A stretch of 25,066 bases of DNA from Paraphysomonas bandaiensis. Lineage: Eukaryota > Protista > Chrysophyceae. Numbering within the stretch: the first letter of the stretch is position 1; each line of letters opens with the position of its first letter. The notes beneath the pieces are model-generated. The model was not told the origin of the DNA. It did no database searches and saw nothing but the letters and a program-made list of their open reading frames with translations. Shown piece by piece: positions 21,001 to 25,066 of this stretch. The stretch is from contig CBFFRP010000629.1 in assembly GCA_965644295.1 (NCBI GenBank), forward strand, positions 1 to 25,066, read 5' to 3'. The position numbers were made by a program, and so were the translations under genes.

Positions 21001-22396
21001 GGTAGCTAATGGCGCACAACAAGATAGGAAGGTGTACGTAGACACATCGTCACCAACAGCAGCGATGCAATCGATTATGATGTGTCTGGCGATAGCTGCT
21101 AAAGAGGGACGTCACATAGGTACCATGGATATAGGAGGCGCTTACCTGAACGCCGAGATGTCTGGCGAAGAAGTCATAATGGAATTAGAGCCAATGTTAA
21201 CGACGATATTGAAGAAAGTGGCTCCTGAAGTATCACCGTATGTTGATGAAACTGGTAAACTACTAGTGCGGCTGGACAAGGCGCTATACGGGTGCATCCA
21301 GAGTGCAAAACTCTGGTACGACACGCTTACCGGATATTTGAAAAGTTTGGGATTCGAGCACAACGCGGTCGACCCATGTGTAATGAACAAAGTAGCTGGC
21401 GGGCGAAAGTGTACAGTGGTGATATTCGTGGATGACATACTGGTCATGTCAAGCCATAAGGGCGACTACCTAGAGTTGCTTAAGAAACTGAAAGAGAAGT
21501 TTGGGGATGTAAAGCACGACGATGGGAAAGATCTGTCATATCTCGGAATGCACATTAGAGCAGAGGGAGATAAGGTGACAGTGTCCATGAGATCGTACAT
21601 CGAGAATTTTCTACGAGAACACGGAGTGACAGGAACTGCTACATCACCTGCTACAGCTACTCTATTTAAGAACACCATGGACAAACACACTAGTAAGAGT
21701 GATAGAAGGAAGTTTCACAAGATGGTGGCTCAGTTGCTGTACCTGGCCAAAAGGGTTAGACCAGACATACTGCTTGCAGTCGCTTACCTTAGCACGAGAG
21801 TCAAGAATCCGACGCATGCTGACATGGAGAAACTTGGCAGGGTGACCCGCTACCTGAACGCGACTAAGGGGCAGGACTTGTTGCTGTGCATTGGAAAGAA
21901 TCTTACCGTTACTGGATACGTCGATGCGGCATTTGGGACTCATGACGATGGAAAGGGTCATTCGGGTCTGGTCGTAAAGGTGGGGGATGCAACAGTACTC
22001 TGCAAATCGTCGAAACAGCGCATTGTGACACGTGACTCGACGGAATCAGAGTTGGTAGGTCTATCAGATATGTTAATGATGATTGTGCAATGTGCAGAAT
22101 TCATAAAGGAACAAGGATACAGTATTGACGCACCTCGAGTGTTGCAAGACAATACCTCGACTCTATCTCTTGTAACGAAAGGCGGAGGCAAATATCGTAC
22201 AAAATACCTGCGTGTGAGGCGTGAATTCATCAAGGAGAGGGCAGATGAGGGAAGCATTCAATTGGAGTACTTACCCACAAAGATGATGCTGGCTGATGCA
22301 TTGACGAAGCCCCTCCAAGGTACTCTGTACAAGTTTATGACATGTGGTATCGTGGGAAACAATACACATGCCACAGGGGTGCGTAGAGCTAAATGA
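18008..22396 (+). CDS. Gag-Pol polyprotein, 1462 aa
   Basis: Gag VRQGPFES and zinc knuckle CWGCGKTGHKLNQC; protease VLLDNQA; integrase DVRRAFDIYG, YTDIF, YLDPQPGF, VDHKIRRLKE; RT KIKARLVANG, ALYGCIQSA, FVDD; RNase H YVDAAF, STESELV, QDNTS, ADALTKPLQG. The stop lies 15 nt inside the 3' LTR. Confidence 0.96.
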   Translation: MKKSSNEKLKKFRNKALDQRSRGQGAEALTPTVPILKYGTNTNLAVFKQKLTVAAMMLFGDLARLVETDEYYEPPKIKIEDYDLDNDPHGLNLEELKDARKTRQRKIDQMRDNRSAFYAFMYDRLSNESVDAIKQLEEYEEINSSKDPLLLWLAIKQTHKTATNSNVGTIMRAETRKKYQDVRQGPFESIVAYKERFDFLLEAYNDMENPKMEEEDIAMDFFRGLDDTRYEEFKTSFMNDLMMGTQKPPKHVNEIYTKASKYITPKRGAKPNGGVAFVSRKDTSTKQQRRTGDADDKTKSNGTDESKGSVRKHRGPIVCWGCGKTGHKLNQCQENVEPEEKQCSVTMQNAFTSGGERFEWYEVLLDNQADVSVVHPWLLTDVRPADRKCKVAGLSGHAVELPNVGELPQFFTCKTADNLRVSVLCQADVEDLYPIVYEPGVSYTVCLPNRELVFYRRNKMYIADMRDWVTQGRVNITTTRMKEQEYTKSEVVRARRALELVRNAGFDSEQGAMNLVSDGNVTDVPLTAQDVRRAFDIYGKPYEAVRGKTTKRKSGRQYMDVGIKADQAKPQRLYTDIFSVRKQPFLITLSEPLGLTLVSPVASERTDDLGLAFQEQVSLLRSHGFAPTVAYLDPQPGFQPLRGQITGVEVDVCGAGDHMDKVDHKIRRLKETIRSVQAGLPWSLPDNMVRDLVKYSNSRLNIRRPSTGTSIVAPRVAFTGRKPNYRKELELAFGDYVECYNPKVRSNDAEQNRTEPCIALYPTGNANGSWLFMNVKTHKRVRRTHWVKMKTTQLIIDAMNQMAKMGDTTRKSQIPNPLLQSIEAEEQQKGEDMKESTPEDVKQTPVAETIVEDVSTTVVDVEHSGDPLGDDGDNEGEVPELVDEELDDDVPTIKSGSSITSSDETGVENDRSPDAKSKPVEYRAFHTSAMKGLREYGPPAYNAIISELKQLLHDKKAMRPVHRKDLSATQLKRAIRSLMFLKTKYDGLGRFEKIKARLVANGAQQDRKVYVDTSSPTAAMQSIMMCLAIAAKEGRHIGTMDIGGAYLNAEMSGEEVIMELEPMLTTILKKVAPEVSPYVDETGKLLVRLDKALYGCIQSAKLWYDTLTGYLKSLGFEHNAVDPCVMNKVAGGRKCTVVIFVDDILVMSSHKGDYLELLKKLKEKFGDVKHDDGKDLSYLGMHIRAEGDKVTVSMRSYIENFLREHGVTGTATSPATATLFKNTMDKHTSKSDRRKFHKMVAQLLYLAKRVRPDILLAVAYLSTRVKNPTHADMEKLGRVTRYLNATKGQDLLLCIGKNLTVTGYVDAAFGTHDDGKGHSGLVVKVGDATVLCKSSKQRIVTRDSTESELVGLSDMLMMIVQCAEFIKEQGYSIDAPRVLQDNTSTLSLVTKGGGKYRTKYLRVRREFIKERADEGSIQLEYLPTKMMLADALTKPLQGTLYKFMTCGIVGNNTHATGVRRAK

Positions 22397-22737
22397 TGAT
22401 TCGGTATAGAAGTCTTCGAGTGATGGAAATGAAAGTCAACGTGCACATTCGTTTTTGTTACAGTGATTATGTTTTCAGTTATTGTACATGTGTGACTCTG
22501 TAGGATACGAGTGAGAGTGTACAGTAGAACATGATCAGCTGTAGTATTATTGTGTTGTAGGGAGACACCATAATTTTCTATCACTAACGATTTCTGTAGT
22601 ATTTGCAAAGAGACTTGTCTTTTGCCTACCTGTAGTGTAGTTTGAACGGAGGACAACGGGCGCACTGGATCCGTGAGTGTTTGATTGATCTGTAGTATCA
22701 GTGTTGTATTTTCGATCCAAGTACGTATTTCTCTACG
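22382..22737 (+). repeat. 3' LTR
   Basis: Copy of 17640-17995, preceded by a short purine run ACAGGGGTG (weak PPT). Confidence 0.96.
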
Positions 22738-22843
22738 GGTAGGATATGAACACGGATACCGATATTATCATTGTGTTTTCACTGAAAAGTCAGTTTTTTC
22801 ACTTTTCACTGAAAAAATGATGACTTTTTAATGAAATAAAATT

Positions 22844-22949
22844 GGCATCCTCTAATATTGAGACAACAATTATCTGTATTCTAGCCGTAGTTGTATATCA
22901 GTAATATAGAGAATATTTGCTTCAATTTATTCCCGAAAAATAAGTAGTG
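22844..22949 (-). repeat. Dispersed repeat, copy 3
   Basis: The reverse complement reads CACTACTTATTTTTCGGGAATAAATTGAAGCAAATATTCTCTATATTACTG...GTCTCAATATTAGAGGATGCC. Confidence 0.85.
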
Positions 22950-23177
22950 AATGTCTGATTATTTAGCAATAGGCGTTGAGACCTTGCATCAATTAGTGGC
23001 TAGTAGAATGCTAGTCATACTAGTTAGACCACTACCCGTAACTAATCAATACAAACTCTTTTATCCTACTATTTAACGCTACGAAAGCTGCTTGTGCGTC
23101 GCCGCAAGCACCAAGGTGCAACCACTTCCGTTCTTTTTGTGTGATATGAAATTCGCCTTTATCGTGTGTCCGTGGAC

Positions 23178-24268
23178 TCACCGGCGCTTTTGATCTGGGG
23201 GTCTCCCTTTGGGATGGGTCTCCATTGGTTTTGGAGGGGGCTCAGCATTCTGAATTAGGGTCCTGAGTGCACCTAGTTCCAGATGTGTCAGGCAAAGGGT
23301 CCGCACATGCCTAGATACAACATGAGTGGAGTCTGCCCAGGGTTTGTTGCCATTCGCGAGATGCTGGGTAACTAGTAGGGCGCTGTGCGTGGTGTCCAAT
23401 TTGTGCTCTGGTAGCGTGAATGATATCATGAGATCATAGTTGTCCGTCCTGGAAGCCTTGGCTATGAATCCTTCCCATATGTCTAAACAGGCAGGGGATA
23501 GCATGTGTGCGTATATTTCTTTTAAAAGGTTTCCCTGTGGGGAGGCAGCAATGGTTTGGGTTTCATCATATCTAACCCAGTTGTTCAGCAGATCGGAGTG
23601 AAAGGGCGTGTGACCCCGGCCCTCTGTGTAGTGTAGGGGGTATGTGGCAATATCCTTGGGCAGTACATCCGGCCTGAGGTCAGGAGTGGTAGTGGAGAGT
23701 GAGGATGGGCCGTCTGGGGCTAATGCTGGAGTTCCCATGGTGTTCAGTTGAGTAGGGTTGGTGGTAGGTGGCTTCCGTTTGACTGGGAAATAGTCAAATA
23801 ACGTTGCATACGGTGTGGTGGCATCCTTAGTGGATAAGGGTAATGTGTGGGTGGATTTGCTAGGTCCGTCACCGCTGTTATCGGAGGAGAATTCCTTCCC
23901 CTGAAGGGCGTGGGAGGGATGGTTGATGGACCTGGCACGGTGGACTCCTTGCATTCCCTTGGAATGACATTGCAACACATTTTGGAGACGCATGATGACG
24001 AAGTCAGGAATTCTCTCGAGTAGCGCGTGTAGTTCCAACTCCACCGGGTATTTGGTGTCCAGGAAGAAGTGATCGTTGGAGCAAAACACATCATAAGATG
24101 GAAGGAATTGAGTTTGTGGAAGGAAGGAGGAATAGTGGGTGGACCAATACGCCCAGTAAGGGAGAGGCGATAGTTTGTCTGGGGGTTTTCTAGGAGGAGG
24201 TAGAGTGTACTGTGTGTGTGTATGACACTGCAGTGGTGTTATGAGTGTGTTGGACAGTGAGAGAGAGC
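23178..24268 (-). CDS. Hypothetical protein, probably part of a degenerate transposable-element ORF
   Basis: More than 1 kb stop-free frame in GC-richer DNA with recurrent RKPPD / KRKPP / RPPD motifs. No recognisable domain. The true start is unclear because the track start lies in a tandem repeat. Confidence 0.4.
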
Positions 24269-24413
24269 TGGTGATGTGTCCAACAGTACAGGTAGACAGG
24301 TACATGGACATGGTGATGTGTCCAACAGTACAGGTAGACAGGTACATGGACATGGTGATGTGTCCAACAGTGTCAGGTAGACAGGTACATGGACATGGTG
24401 ATGTGTCCAACAG
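24269..24413. repeat. 42-bp tandem repeat, ~3.4 copies
   Basis: TGGTGATGTGTCCAACAGTACAGGTAGACAGGTACATGGACA starting at 24269, 24311, 24353 (43-bp variant) and 24396. Confidence 0.92.
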
Positions 24414-25066
24414 CAGTAGAGTGTGCTACACGGAATGGTATACATCCTGTAGTGTGCTATAGTACAGAACGAGTATGCCGTATGCGGACAGGTGTCAGTG
24501 TCCTGTGAGATGGATGGGCTGTGGGGGTGATAGGTGAACAGGGTGAGGGGGTAGCCTGCTGGGCGGATGGACCGCAGACAAAGCCATGTTGGGTTGGGCT
24601 GGAGGTAGGCGGCAGAAGGCAGCCCTGTGTGCCTCAGTCGAGAGGGATCGAGAGTATTCAGTGATTGCATAGGGGGTCCATGGGGGTCGTTTTCGGTGAG
24701 CCTGCTCGCTTCGAGCCATGTTCTGAGAAGGTTGCAGCCGTAGAAAGCGATGGGTGGAGACAGGGAGGATTTGTCTGCTGAGATGGCACGTAGGTGCGGT
24801 CAGCGCTGCATTGGTGCAGGCACGTGGTTTAACTGAAGTGGTTAGAGTAGGGTGAAGGTTGCAAGGCCAGGCAGGGGGGTTGGAGCGTGTACAACATGGT
24901 GTGACCCAGGTAATTTGTCGGAAGCGTGGTGGTCAACAAAATGCAGCAGTAAGGGAGTGCAAAAGCCCTGGGCACACTGATGTGACTCAGCCACAGTTTC
25001 AATAGAGACATTGGGCTTGGAGCTGGTTAATAGAGTGAAACTTTATGTTGGACTGTATTTGCCATC

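Larger units (their letters stand above)
17640..22737 (+). mobile_element. Intact Ty1/copia LTR retrotransposon (CoDi-like), 5098 bp, 5-bp TSD GGTAG
   Basis: Two 356-bp LTRs; TSD GGTAG at 17635-17639 and 22738-22742; one uninterrupted gag-pol ORF in PR-IN-RT-RH order. Confidence 0.97.

Noticed and set aside
17588-22665. Antisense ORFs 17588-18079 and 22258-22665 and other short ORFs overlapping both copia elements
   Set aside because: They are shadow frames of the LTR or pol with no recognisable motifs. Their duplication simply reflects the two LTRs.
5170-22949. One giant CACTA/TIR transposon bounded by repeat copies 1 and 3
   Set aside because: The flanks (GTA vs AAT) give no TSD, copy 1 lacks an intact CACTA, a third copy lies inside, and no transposase is seen.

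Overview
Eukaryotic, transposon-rich genomic DNA. A stramenopile-like host is inferred from the CoDi-type copia element, the Crinkler-type nuclease genes and the short GT-AG introns. From left to right the window holds: a 5'-truncated Ty1/copia retrotransposon on the minus strand (1-4886); palindrome-rich non-coding DNA (4960-5860); an inverted, divergently oriented pair of TM/coiled-coil + PD-(D/E)xK nuclease genes (one intact, one with a single nonsense codon) flanking a 1.1 kb (TATG)n microsatellite; a decayed SET-domain-like remnant; a complete 7-exon glutathione S-transferase gene (minus strand, 11205-14979, not recovered by the ORF track) with a 2.3 kb minisatellite in intron 2; an intact young Ty1/copia element (17640-22737); and an unidentified TE-like ORF. 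The second copia element is the strongest signal. It has apparently identical 356-bp LTRs with non-canonical CG...CG termini and a 5-bp TSD, and no tRNA primer-binding site. Instead, a perfect 16-nt complement of the PBS position lies inside its own LTR, a Tf1-like self-priming layout in a copia element. Its integrase triad also appears to be D-D-D rather than D-D-E. All comparisons were made by eye.
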